Part shown: positions 31,329 to 44,015 of the stretch, piece after piece | Position numbering within the stretch: position 1 is the first letter of the stretch | Layout of the letters: each line of letters begins with the position of its first letter | DNA from: Alphaproteobacteria bacterium | Lineage (GTDB): Bacteria > Pseudomonadota > Alphaproteobacteria > MPNO01 > UBA830 | Length of the DNA stretch: 64,000 nucleotides | Assembly (NCBI GenBank): GCA_964291215.2 | Contig: OZ219790.1 | Location: forward strand, 672,001-736,000 | Reading direction: 5' to 3' | The notes under the pieces: generated by a model | The model's database searches: none | What the model saw: the letters and a program-made list of their open reading frames with translations, nothing else | Told to the model about the DNA's origin: nothing | Translations under genes and position numbers: made by a program

Positions 31329-32595
31329 GATTACGCAACCTGATGTCTGGAAATTGTCGTGAAGCTCTCAGTCATCGAGCTGTTCCCATTTGATGTATGC
31401 CTTGGTTTCGGTTTCCCATTTTTCGTCGATGAGGACCGCGGTTGAGAGGCGCTCCAACGAGGCGAGGTTCGGAAAGCCCCTGACTTTGGAGGTGCGCCGC
31501 TTGAGCTCTTGCTGGATCGGCCGCTCAATGCCGTTCGAGGTTCGCATACGTTTGCGGTGAGCATCGGGCAAGGTGAAGACAGCGAGCCCCGCATTCTTTT
31601 CCAGCCAGGAAGCTTGGATGCTTGTCGCGGTAGCTGGCCACGAGGGCGCCCAGTTCAGCCTCGGCGGTTTGGAGTGAGGACGCATGGCTCCGAGCTGTTT
31701 TCCAATACGTTTCCTGATGTCGTTGTTCGGTGCACGGCGTTTTGCGCCAGGTGGAACTGGCAGCGCTGCCACATCGCCGCGCCCAGCACCGTGCCGCTTT
31801 CAGCCCGGCATGGTCATCCGAGACGATGAAGGTCATACCATGCAGGGCTAGCAAGCTTTCCAGGAAGGCTCTCCAATGGACCTCGGCCTCGGAGAGCGCC
31901 ACAGAGAGCCCCAGAACGTTCCTGCGCTCGTCAGCCCCTATTCCAATGGCCGAGAGTACTGCGACATCGCGCACAACGCCGTCATGGCGGGCTTTTTCGT
32001 AGCGCGCATCCAGGATCAGGTATTTCATCAGGGGCCGGTTGCGCGGCGAGTTCTTCATCGAGCAACCTGGTGGCCCGGCTGACCTGAGAAGAGGACAGGC
32101 TCCCGAACTCGCGCATTACATCTTCGGCTTGCCGCGTGGAAACACCCTTGATGTACATCTCGGCTACGGCCACGGCGCGAGAAGATCGCTGGCCGCGTTC
32201 AAGCGACTGGGGGGGGGTCGTCCCCGTGACCGGCCGTCTTTGGTACCTGAACGGTAACAGTGGGGGTGTCGATCCGCTTGTAGCCGTTGGCATAGCCCTG
32301 TCGCTCCGGTGGCCGGTGGCCCGCTTTCAAGTGCTGCTCGCGCTCGATTTGCATCGCAAGCTCGAAGAGCTGACCAAAGACCCGCCCCAGATCCGTTGCT
32401 CCGTTTGCGATCAGATGTTCCAAAACGGCCTCAATCGTCGTAGTGTGTCGCAGCTCCATTCGCTTCCTCCATGAATGTTTTTCAACTCCATGGGATAGCA
32501 CGATGGCGCCGCGTTTCACTGGGGGGCTAGCCCCCCAGTGAAACGCCTCAAAGCGCAAACCTCAGACAAATTTCCAGACATCAAGTTACAGTACC
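31329..32595 (-). mobile_element. IS256-family element, copy 2, pseudogene
   Basis: Same TIRs and transposase fragments as copy 1, inverted. Confidence 0.92.
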
Positions 32596-33260
32596 CTGTA
32601 AAAAAACCAGTCGCACGTAGTGCAGGTAAACGTTCGCCAGGCAGGGGCTGCGCCCTGCGGCGAACCAGCACCGGTGTCGCTCCATGACGCCAGCGTCACT
32701 TGATGATCAGACCCCCCGATCCGTCTCTCGAGCATCGCGACCAGGTGGTCGCGGTTGTCGAAGAACCCGCGGGCGTCAACGATTCAGTTGACCTTCCGCC
32801 GTTCCACCGTGACTGCATCGAGCGCGTTGTGCGTCCCGGCCGGAAACCATAACTGAACCCGAGGAACTCCGTCTCGCGGTACCAGAATCGTGTCCGTCAC
32901 TGCCCACTGAAGAATCTTGTCCGAGGCAAGCGGTCGTTGCCCTCCATCCTCTTTGGGTATGTATACCCGACGGAGGCGCCCGCCCCTGTGCACACGGCAG
33001 GTCGACCAGTTCCACACCTTCCGCATACGCGTGCCACGTAACTCCGTCCACGCCCGCTGCCGCGTCCTTTCTCAAGGAGTGAAACGCCGCGTGCAGGACA
33101 TCACGTGGTGGAGCAACGTCACAAGACGCTCTTCCGGATTCCTCTTCGCAACTTGTCGTATGCGCCGCCTGTGACCCCCGCTTCTGCGCGCGGCGCGGGC
33201 CAACCGCATTTCCCTTCCCTCCAGCAGCTCCGCAGGCTCCGAGGAACCCTTTTTTTGTTC
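32596..33260 (-). pseudogene. Group II intron reverse transcriptase (LtrA-like) remnant, RT0-4, plus upstream intron RNA
   Basis: RKDAAAGVDGVTW, RRVYIPKEDGGQRPL, HNALDA..RRKVN, RGFFD, GSPQG, LANVYLHYV in broken frames; bounded by two IS256 left ends. Confidence 0.85.
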
Positions 33261-35687
33261 GGTACTGTAACTTGATGTCTGGAAATTTGTCTGAGGTTTG
33301 CGCTTTGAGGCGTTTCACTGGGGGGCTAGCCCCCCAGTGAAACGCGGCGCCATCGTGCTATCCCATGGAGTTGGAAAAATTCATGGAGGAAGCGAATGGA
33401 CCTGCGACACACTACGACGATTGAGGCCGTTTGGGAACATCTGATCGCAAACGTAGCAACGGATCTGAGGCGGATTTTTGGTCAGCTCTTCGAGCTTGCG
33501 ATGCAAATCGAGCGCGAGCAGCACTTGAAAGCGGGCCACTACGAACGGACACCGGAACGACAGGGCTATGCCAACGGCTATAAGCCCAAACGGATCGACA
33601 CCCCCACTGTTACCGTTCAGGTGCCAAACGGTCACGGGGACGCCCCCCAGTCGCTTGAACGCGGCCAGCGATCTTCTCGCGCCGTGGCCGTAGCCGAGAT
33701 GTACATCAAAGGTGTTTCCACGCGGCAGGATGTAATGCGCGAGTTCGGGAGCCTGTCCTCTTCTCAGGTCAGCCGGGCCACCAGGTTGCTCGATGAAGAA
33801 CTCGCCGCGCAACCGGCCCCTGATGAAATACCTGATCCTGGATGCGCGCTACGAAAAAGCCCGCCATGACGGCGTTGTGCGCGATGTCGCAGTACTCTCG
33901 GCCATCGGAATAGGGGCTGCAGGCACGTTCTGGGGCTCTCTGTGGCGCTCTCCGAGGCCGAGGTCCATTGGAGAGCCTTCCTGGAAAGCTTGCTAGTCAC
34001 CTGAATCTAAAGTTCGTGGCATAAGTTTTGTTCGACGCGGAGACAGAAGCGCTTGACGGCGGCGAGGATTTCGTCGGCTGATTTGGTCCACTTGAAGGGC
34101 TTGGGATTTTCGTTGTGGGTTTCGATGAAGGCCCGGATGTCGGTTTCGAGTTGCAGGGTCGAGCGGTGGACGCCACGCTGCAACTGCTTGCGGGTCAGTT
34201 CGGCGAACCAGCGCTCGACCTGATTGAGCCACGAGGCGGATGTCAGCGTGAAGTGGACATGCCAGTGCGGCCGCCGTGCCAGCCAGACCGCCGCGGTTTT
34301 GTGGGTGGCATAGTTGTCCATGACGATGTGGATGTCGAGGCCGTCCGGGACATTGCAGTCGATCACCTTGAGGAAGTCGAGGAACTCCTTGGCCCGGTGG
34401 CGTCTGTTGCCGATGACCGCGCCGGTGGCGATGTCCAGCGCGGCGAACAGCGAGGTCGTTCCGTTGCGCTTGTAGTCATGGGTGCGCCGCTCAGGGATGC
34501 CGGGCAGCAGGACCGGCTGGGTGCGGGCCTGGCTCTTTTCGTCGACGCAGAGTACCAGCGCGCGATCCGGCAGCGAGAGGTAGAGGCCGACGATGTCGCG
34601 GACCTTGTCGACGAAGTGCGGATCACGAGAGAGCTTGAACGTCTCGGCCCGGTGCGGCTGCAGGCCGAAGGCGCCCCAGATGCGCCAGATCGACGTGTGC
34701 GACAGCCCCGCCTCCTTCGCCATCGAGCGCAGCGACCAGTGGGTCGCGTCCGCAGGCGTCGAGGTGAGCGTGCGCTCGATCACTTCCGCCACCTTCTCGT
34801 CTGCGATGCTCCGCGGGCGTCCCGGCCGGGGCTCGTCCGAAAGCCCCTCGATGCGGTCCTTGACAAAGCGCTTGCGCCACTTGCCGACGGTGTGCTCGTG
34901 CACGCCGATCTCTGCGGCCACCGCCTTGTTGCCAAGCCCGTCCGCGCAGCGCAGGATTATGCGGCAGCGATCCGACAGCGAGCGCGCCACACGGTGGCGG
35001 CGAACCTGCGCCTCCAGATACGACCGTTCCGAATTACTCAAGACCAGCACCGCCAAGGGCCGTCCCATACCGCGTGGCATCGCCATGACCTCCGTGTTCA
35101 CACTCCGACCGCCATCATACAATTATACTTACTTCAGTTCCAGATGACCAGCCCGTGGCCTGCATGGTACGACCTTCATCGTCTCGGATGACCATGCTGG
35201 GCTGAAAGCGGCACGACGCGCGGTGCTGGGCGCGGCGACGTGGCAGCGCTGCCAGTTCCACTTGGCACAAAACGCCGTAGCACGCACCGAACAACGACAT
35301 CAGGAAACGTATTGGAAAACAGCTCGGAGCCATGCGTCCTCACTCCAAACCGCCGAGGCTGAACTGGGCGCCCTCGTGGCCAGCTATCGCGACAAGCATC
35401 CAGGCTTCGCAGACTGGCTGGAAAACAATGCGGGGCTCGCTGTCTTCACCTTGCCCGATGCTCACCACAAGCGTATGCGAACCTCGAACGGCATCGAGCG
35501 ACCGATCCAGCAAGAGCTCAAGCGGCGCACCTCCAAAGTCAGGGGCTTTCCGAACCTCGCCTCGTTGGAGCGCCTTTCAACCGCGGTCCTCATCGACGAA
35601 AAATGGGAAACCAAAACCAAGGCATACATCAAATGGGAACAGCTCGATCAGCTTCACGACAATTTCCAGACATCAGGTTGCGTAATC
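33261..35687 (+). mobile_element. IS256-family element, copy 3, interrupted by IS630
   Basis: Both TIRs present; split at the CTAG site that is intact in copies 1 and 2. Confidence 0.92.
33996..35148 (-). mobile_element. IS630-family element, copy 1 (ORF 34007-35122 open, with apparent in-frame deletions)
   Basis: [40 protein letters not shown]; inserted at TA (right copy reads CA); TIRs gtcacctgaatct / gtcatctggaact. Confidence 0.93.
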
Positions 35688-35845
35688 GGCACTCCGGTTT
35701 CAAAGCATCTCGTGGCTCAATAGCCTGGCCTGCCGCTCCCCAACGCTTCGCCTCACGACGCATGGTTCACGGAGAAAGTGGTGGTTAGCCTCTCTTCCTA
35801 CCGGGACTTGCACCCGGCCACATTCCACCAGTTTGCCTGGCGCAC
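35688..35845 (-). mobile_element. Group II intron A, 5' end (copy 2)
   Basis: GTGCGCCAGG start at 35845, continuing to GCTATTGAGCCACGA...GAGTGCC. Confidence 0.78.
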
Positions 35846-35971
35846 CTAATGTCAGCTTCACCAACAATGCCGGAGAACAGAAGATCAGGATGGCAAAGGT
35901 CAAGATCAAAGTGTCCGGATGCTTCCAAACCTCGCTGCACGCCGAGGCCTGGTGCCAATCTAAACTAACTC
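35846..35971 (+). mobile_element. IS66 transposase C-terminal fragment (continues at 37829-37960)
   Basis: NVSFTNNAGEQKIRMAKVKIKVSGCF...AEAWC; rejoins ctcacctccatgg after the MITE. Confidence 0.82.
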
Positions 35972-36033
35972 GTGCCTGCCCAAAAATGCACGACCGCGCG
36001 ATTCTATTGGCGAAATCGTGATATAGAGGGGAC

Positions 36034-37551
36034 GTATCTACTCACCCCTAGTTGGGTTCTGATTGGTCGTAGTGCTCGTTGATGATGTCTGCGGCTTTTC
36101 CGTCGAGGGCGATCTGGGTTGCGACGTGATGATTGTAGCCAAGTGCGGCCATGGAGGTGAGGTAGCTTGAGCCCCGGCACCATGCTTTTGCGTGGAGCGG
36201 AAGCATCCGGACACCTTGAGCTTTGCCATCCTGATCTTCTGTTCTCCGGCATTGTTGGTGAAGCTGACGTCGGGGTTGTCTATGAAGCGCAGGTTTTCGT
36301 GTTTCACGAGACGTTCGTGCAGGTTGTGCGCGTCGGACTTGCGTCCACGTTTTCCTTTCGGCGGCGGCGGAATGTCGGGCAGTTCCTTGGCGCCCTGATG
36401 GTGCGGTAGCGCTTGCGCCCGGCGTCGTTCAGGGTCTTGGATGCGCTCTTGTTGACCTTGTGGCAGGGAGCAGGCTCTTCATCAGTCGCGCCCAGCGGTA
36501 GCCTCGACGACAAAGGTCAGTTCGCGCAGCAGGTGGCTACCGCACAACTGGTGGCTACACTGGTCATAGCCCATATACGAGGCCCAGGACGCCCTTGTAG
36601 CACGGGCCGATCTCTTGCCTCCCGGCTGCGCTTGCGGTGCGGGAACTTGCACGTCAGGGTCCCACGACATGAAGCCACTTACTGTTGATCCGAAATCGTC
36701 GACATCGGGCGTTGCAGGAGGTGCGCCACGGCGGCCTCCTCCCATGACGCATCGTGAAAGCATAGCTGAGGCCTCGGAGAGCTTGATGCCGGAGATCGCC
36801 TGCACGAGCGCGACAGCACGGCGCAGGGACAGCATTTGGGCGACCAGCAGGTTGATGACGAGGGCCTGGATGCCGTACTGCACGGGATGTTGTCGGGGAA
36901 CCGGCCCCGGGCCTTGCACTTCGGGCATTCCTTGATCTCGGCGCGGCGCTCGACGACCTCGAACACGATGTCATAGAGGACGCGGCGCTCCCGATCGACG
37001 GGGCCGTCGATGTCAGCGCCGCAGGCGTCGCAGGCCGCGACCGTCTCCTCGACGATGATCTTGCGCAGGTTGTCGCCCATATGCTGGTTCGGCTTCGGGC
37101 CGTTGCTCCCGGCACGCTCTTGTCCGTCTGTGACGGCGGCAGACCGGAGTTCCGGCTCGTGCGTGGTCTTCTCCAGAAGGACGACGATGATGATGTCGAG
37201 CAGGATGACGAGGACGCGGATGACGGCCTCTTCCGCCACCTTGCCGGCAGCGCCGCGGTCCTGGCCGCTTCGAACTCCTCGCGCGCCGCCCGTCGCCATC
37301 ACCCGGCCTTGCGCTTCATCAGCGCGCCGCCTCCGAGATGCGTTTCCACATACAGATCATGCGGAGGCTGGAGCCCCGGAAGCAGCTGGCACAGCCCGCT
37401 CGTCGCCTTCGATCCAAAGTAGCTCACTGGCGGTCCCCGTCGTTCTCGATTACCACCACTAAACGAATCGGCCTGCAGTGTCAAATCTCCACAAAAACCC
37501 GTTCGTTGCTCTACCCCGACATCAAGCCGGAACCAGGGGGTGAGCAGTTAC
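36034..37551 (-). mobile_element. IS66-family element (single-transposase ISBst12-like), both ends present, transposase eroded
   Basis: TIRs GTAACTGCTCACCCC / GTATCTACTCACCCC; perfect 8-bp TSD GAGGGGAC; CDACG, CPKC, HQLCGSHLLRELT and FTNNAGEQ fragments. Confidence 0.92.
37299..37427 (-). pseudogene. N-terminal fragment (42 aa) of a Dam-like adenine DNA methyltransferase inside IS66
   Basis: VSYFGSKATSGLCQ...PPHDLYVETHLGGGALMKRK (motif X/I-like). Confidence 0.65.
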
Positions 37552-37828
37552 GAGGGGACGAAGAATCCCGCTTTGGGGCGGGAATTGACCGATCAGACCG
37601 GGAATCCGCCGGATTTTCGGAAAACTTCGCGAGAATTGCCACGCGAAACGTTATCCGCCCGCAGCTGGAATTGGGCCAGGTTGCGCCGGATTCTCGGTTG
37701 GAAGGGACCTGTGCCGCTGCGAATCGGCAGGCCCCCCTTGGAAACGGGGCACCCGGAGGCCCCGAGAGTGGATCAAACCCGAAATTTCGCCGGAGAGTCA
37801 GCCAAAACGGTCATTTCCGCACGGGCAC

Positions 37829-37960
37829 TAACTCACCTCCATGGCCGCACTCGGCTACAACTCACTCGTCGCCATCCAGATCGCACTCGCCGGAAACGCC
37901 GCCGACATGACCAAAAATGCACAACGCCAAACCCACCTCTACGGAGGGGTGAGCAGACAC
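37829..37960 (+). mobile_element. IS66 right end
   Basis: LTSMAALGY...; GGGGTGAGCAGACAC. Confidence 0.82.
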
Positions 37961-38026
37961 CCTTGGTCAACACAATTTCTCCCGGAAACGCCGGCGCACT
38001 GGCGACATGATCTCCATTCGACGCGG

Positions 38027-38362
38027 TCAGACGTGAAATGATTCACCGCACCCGCAGCGGCCCTTCTCGTTAGGGTTGTTGAACACGAATCCCGATTGCA
38101 GCTTGTCGACGACATAGTCCATTTCTGTTCCGATCAGGAACATGAGAGCCTTGGAATCGACATAGATCCGCACCCCCTTATCATCGACAACCTCGTCTAG
38201 GGGAGCCTTCTCCGCGGCAAACGCCATCTCGTAAGCCATGCCCGAGCATCCGCCCGTGCGAATTCCGATCCGGAGTCCGTCAGCCGGCTCCGAGCGGGCC
38301 GCCAGAAGGTGCCGGACGCGCTCTGCCGCCGCGTCCGTCAGGGTCATTACCGTGGATGCCAT
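38027..38362 (-). CDS. sufA: A-type Fe-S carrier (SufA/IscA)
   Basis: GGCSG, CGCGESF. Confidence 0.92.
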   Translation of the reverse strand: MASTVMTLTDAAAERVRHLLAARSEPADGLRIGIRTGGCSGMAYEMAFAAEKAPLDEVVDDKGVRIYVDSKALMFLIGTEMDYVVDKLQSGFVFNNPNEKGRCGCGESFHV

Positions 38363-38414
38363 TCACAACCTCCTGCATTTCAAGCCGCAACACATCACGT
38401 CCCTGTCCGCCCGA

Positions 38415-38783
38415 CTAGAGAAAGCCGAGTTCGAGCCGCGCCGCCTCCGACATCATCTCCGGCGTCCACGGCGGCTCCCAAGTCAGTTCGAGCGAAACCG
38501 CGTCCACGCCATCCACCTCGCCGACGCGGGTCTTGACCTGTTCGGGAAGAATTTCCGCAACCGGACAGTGCGGCGTCGTCAAGGTCATCACGAGATCGAC
38601 CTTGCCGGCGGGTGACACGTCGACATCGTAGATCAACCCCAGTTCGTAGACATTGACCGGAATCTCGGGATCATAGCATTCCCTGATCGCGGCAATGACC
38701 TGCTCCTTCAGCGCCTCTGCATCCGCAGCATCCTCTGCGCGGCCAGCAGCGCCGTCTGGTCCTGCCGGAAACCATTCCATCAT
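38415..38783 (-). CDS. sufT: DUF59/SufT Fe-S assembly protein
   Basis: DPEIPVNVYELGLIY, TTPHCPVA, EPPW. Confidence 0.88.
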   Translation of the reverse strand: MMEWFPAGPDGAAGRAEDAADAEALKEQVIAAIRECYDPEIPVNVYELGLIYDVDVSPAGKVDLVMTLTTPHCPVAEILPEQVKTRVGEVDGVDAVSLELTWEPPWTPEMMSEAARLELGFL

Positions 38784-38791
38784 CTCGTGCC

Positions 38792-39241
38792 CTACTCCGT
38801 CGTGACTTCTTCGCCGCTACCGTTCAGCGCCGCGCAGAAGGTGTGCCAGGCCAGCGTTGCGCACTTGACGCGGGTTGGAAATTTCCGCACCCCCGAAAGC
38901 GCCGCAAGCTCTCCCAACCCGTCGCCGTCGATGGCGTCCTTGGAGGTGAGACCGGTCACGAACCGAGCCGACACATCGGACGCCTCTGCGACCGTCTTGC
39001 CCTTGAGCGCTTCGGTCATCATCGATGCCGACGCGATCGAGATTGCACAGCCGCGCGCGTCGAAACGGACATCGGCAATGTTCCCCTCCTCGACCCGTAC
39101 ATGCACCATTACGCGGTCGCCACACAGCGGATTGTTGCCATGCGCCTCTCCGGTCGCATCCTTGAGCACGCCGCTGTTGCGTGGCGAGCGGTTGTGTTCG
39201 AGGATAATCTCCTGATAGAGGTCCTGGAGATCTGCATTCAT
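38792..39241 (-). CDS. sufU: SufU sulfur-transfer/scaffold protein
   Basis: LYQEIILEH, NPLCGD, GCAIS, RVKCATLAW. Confidence 0.92.
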   Translation of the reverse strand: MNADLQDLYQEIILEHNRSPRNSGVLKDATGEAHGNNPLCGDRVMVHVRVEEGNIADVRFDARGCAISIASASMMTEALKGKTVAEASDVSARFVTGLTSKDAIDGDGLGELAALSGVRKFPTRVKCATLAWHTFCAALNGSGEEVTTE

Positions 39242-40497
39242 GAGAACATCTCCGTAACTCGGCTTATGCCGCGAACCAGAGTGTCAATCTCGGCACGCGT
39301 ATTGTAGAGGCCGAACGATGCGCGGACCGTCGCCGCCACGCCGAACCGGTCCATAAGCGGCTGGGCGCAGTGGTGGCCGGTCCGCACCGCGATACCCTCG
39401 CAATCGAGAATGGTCCCGACATCGTGCGGATGAATGTCGCGCACGTTGAAGGACACAATCGCAGCCCTGTCGGCCGGCGTTCCGACGAGCTCGACGGAGT
39501 TCAGCGCGGAAAGCTGTTCCGTGGCGTACTCGACCAGGTCGCTCTCGTGATCCGCCACAGCCTCTTGGCTGAGCTTGTTCAGGTACTCGATCGCGGCCCC
39601 GAGCCCGATCGCACCCGAGATGTCCGGCGTTCCGGCCTCGAACTTGAACGGCAGATCGGCATATGTCGTCCCCTCAAAGGTCACGCGATCAATCATCTCG
39701 CCACCGGACTGGTAGGGCGGCATGGCGCGGAGAAGCTCCTCCTTGCCGTAGAGCAACCCGATCCCGCTCGGACCATAGAGCTTGTGGCCCGAAAAAACAT
39801 AGAAGTCGGCATCAAGAGCACGCACGTCGATGGCCATGTGCGGCGCTGCCTGACAGCCGTCGATCAGCGCCAGGGCACCCGCATCGTGTGCGCTGCGAAT
39901 CACCCTGTCGACCGGAACCACCGTGCCGAGAGCATTCGAGACATGGGTCAACGCGACCATCCGCGTGCACGGAGACAGAAGGCTCTCGTATTCCTCGAAC
40001 AGGAAATTACCGCAGTCGTCGATGGGGGCAACCTTGATCACGGCACCAGTTTGCTCGGCAATGATCTGCCACGGCACGATATTCGAGTGGTGCTCCAGAA
40101 CGGAGAGAATAATCTCATCGCCCGCGACAAGATTGGCGCGTCCCCACGTAGCCGCTACCAAGTTGATGCCCTCGGTCGCTCCGCGAACGAAGATCATTTC
40201 TGAGGCGCTTGCCGCGTTGACAAAGGCCCGCGCCGTCTCGCGCGCCTCCTCCATCGCGTTGGTGGCCAACTGGCTCATGGTGTGGACACCTCGATGCACG
40301 TTGGCATAGGCCGCCTTGTAGGTTTCCGACACCTTCTCGATCACCGCCGACGGTTTCTGGGCGCTGGCACCGTTATCGAGATAGACGAGTGGCTTTCCGT
40401 GAACCTGCTGCGCCAGAATCGGAAAATCCCTGCGGACATCCTCGATCGGATAGGCGCCGTTGCCGGGACCGTTCATGCCGCGGTTCCTCCCATCCAT
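39238..40497 (-). CDS. sufS: Cysteine desulfurase SufS
   Basis: YLDNGASAQKP, SGHK, RTGHHCA. Confidence 0.95.
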   Translation of the reverse strand: MDGRNRGMNGPGNGAYPIEDVRRDFPILAQQVHGKPLVYLDNGASAQKPSAVIEKVSETYKAAYANVHRGVHTMSQLATNAMEEARETARAFVNAASASEMIFVRGATEGINLVAATWGRANLVAGDEIILSVLEHHSNIVPWQIIAEQTGAVIKVAPIDDCGNFLFEEYESLLSPCTRMVALTHVSNALGTVVPVDRVIRSAHDAGALALIDGCQAAPHMAIDVRALDADFYVFSGHKLYGPSGIGLLYGKEELLRAMPPYQSGGEMIDRVTFEGTTYADLPFKFEAGTPDISGAIGLGAAIEYLNKLSQEAVADHESDLVEYATEQLSALNSVELVGTPADRAAIVSFNVRDIHPHDVGTILDCEGIAVRTGHHCAQPLMDRFGVAATVRASFGLYNTRAEIDTLVRGISRVTEMFS

Positions 40498-41762
40498 TGT
40501 TCGACCGCCTGCTGCAGATGGTCCCGCGCGCTGCCTTCCGGCGCGCCTTCGACGACTTCAGCCACAAAGGCGCGAATCAGCAGGTTCCGCGCCTCAGCGG
40601 GCGGTACGCCGCGGCTGATGAGATAGAACATCGCGTTCCGGTCGAGCTCTCCAACTGTTGCTCCGTGCGCACACTTCACGTCATCAGCAAGAATGCGCAG
40701 TTCGGGCTTGCTGTCGGCACGGGCGCCCCGGGACAGCAGGAGATTGCGGTTCGATTGCTGAGAGTTCGTCCCGATGGCACCAGTGCCGACCGCTACTCCG
40801 CCTTGAAACACCGAGCGGGCGCGGTCATCAAGCACGTTGCGGAAGATCTGGTTGCTCTCGGCGTGACCGGCGCAGTGGTTGATTTCGGTGGTGTTGTCGC
40901 CGTGTTGGCGTCCGCGCAGAAGCATGCCGCCTCGGATGTCGCAAGCGGCATAGGCGTCTTCGAGGACAACCTTTATTTCGTTGCGCGACAGCGCGGCACC
41001 GGTTGCCAAAACAGCCGCGGAGTAGGCCGCGTCACGGTCCAGCCGGGCCTCGGTCAGCGCCGTGTGATATGCGCCCGGCGCTTCCGCCTGCAGCTTGACA
41101 TGCGAAAGATGCGCCCCGCGACTAACCCGGACCTCGGTCACGGTATTGGTCCAGGAACGTGCCGAACCGCTGCCGACAAAAGTCTCGACTACCGTTGTCC
41201 GGCTTGCCTCACCGGCCACGATCACATTGCGCGAATGGACGGCGATGTCCGATCCCGTTTCGCAGACCACATGCATGACCTGAACCGGCCGTTCGAGCAC
41301 CGCGCCATCCTCCAGCCGCAACACGAGCCCTTCGCGCATGAACGCGGTATTGAGGGCTGCCAACGGCGCGCCGTCGACGGCGCCGGGTTGCAACCCGTCC
41401 GGATCCTCCACGGCGGCGGAAAGCGGTGCCAACCTTACGCCTTCGGGTAGTCGGCCAATGTGTGAAGCGGCCGTGTCGAAGCGGCCGTGGACGATGACGA
41501 TGCGATGGGCGTCGGCCACGAAGAAATCGCGCCACGGCGACGTGTCGACTTCCACCGTTGCAGCCAAGGGATCGAAATCCGTGCGCGCGAGGCGGTCGAG
41601 GCTGGTGTATTTCCAGGCCTCATCGCACCGCGTCGGAAACCCCGAGCGGAAGAACGCCTGGAGTGCGCTCTCCCGCAGAGTCCCGAGAGCGGGTCCCGGA
41701 AGGCACCCGCGAGCCTTCTCGAAATGCGCGCATAGCGCCTCGGTCTGTACACCGTGAGCCAT
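40473..41762 (-). CDS. sufD: Fe-S cluster assembly protein SufD
   Basis: EAWKYT, KPELRILADDVKCAHGATVG. Confidence 0.93.
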   Translation of the reverse strand: MAHGVQTEALCAHFEKARGCLPGPALGTLRESALQAFFRSGFPTRCDEAWKYTSLDRLARTDFDPLAATVEVDTSPWRDFFVADAHRIVIVHGRFDTAASHIGRLPEGVRLAPLSAAVEDPDGLQPGAVDGAPLAALNTAFMREGLVLRLEDGAVLERPVQVMHVVCETGSDIAVHSRNVIVAGEASRTTVVETFVGSGSARSWTNTVTEVRVSRGAHLSHVKLQAEAPGAYHTALTEARLDRDAAYSAAVLATGAALSRNEIKVVLEDAYAACDIRGGMLLRGRQHGDNTTEINHCAGHAESNQIFRNVLDDRARSVFQGGVAVGTGAIGTNSQQSNRNLLLSRGARADSKPELRILADDVKCAHGATVGELDRNAMFYLISRGVPPAEARNLLIRAFVAEVVEGAPEGSARDHLQQAVEQWMGGTAA

Positions 41763-41778
41763 TGTTCGCGCGTCCGTC

Positions 41779-42549
<771 letters not shown>

Positions 42550-42559
42550 ACAATCACCC

Positions 42560-44002
<1,443 letters not shown>

Positions 44003-44015
44003 CTCGGATCTCCGG

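Larger units (their letters stand above)
35972..37828. mobile_element. Non-coding MITE (~331 bp once the nested IS66 is removed)
   Basis: Ends GTGCCTGCCCAAAAATG / CATTTCCGCACGGGCAC; 6-bp direct repeat TAACTC at 35966-35971 and 37829-37834. Confidence 0.7.

Noticed and set aside
28759-32595. Composite transposon formed by inverted IS256 copies 1 and 2
   Set aside because: No TSD on the outer flanks; the interior is mostly debris
32596-33260. Retron or DGR reverse transcriptase
   Set aside because: RT0-4 motifs and adjacent GTGCG/DVI pieces fit a decayed group II intron; no TR/VR pair or msr-msd seen
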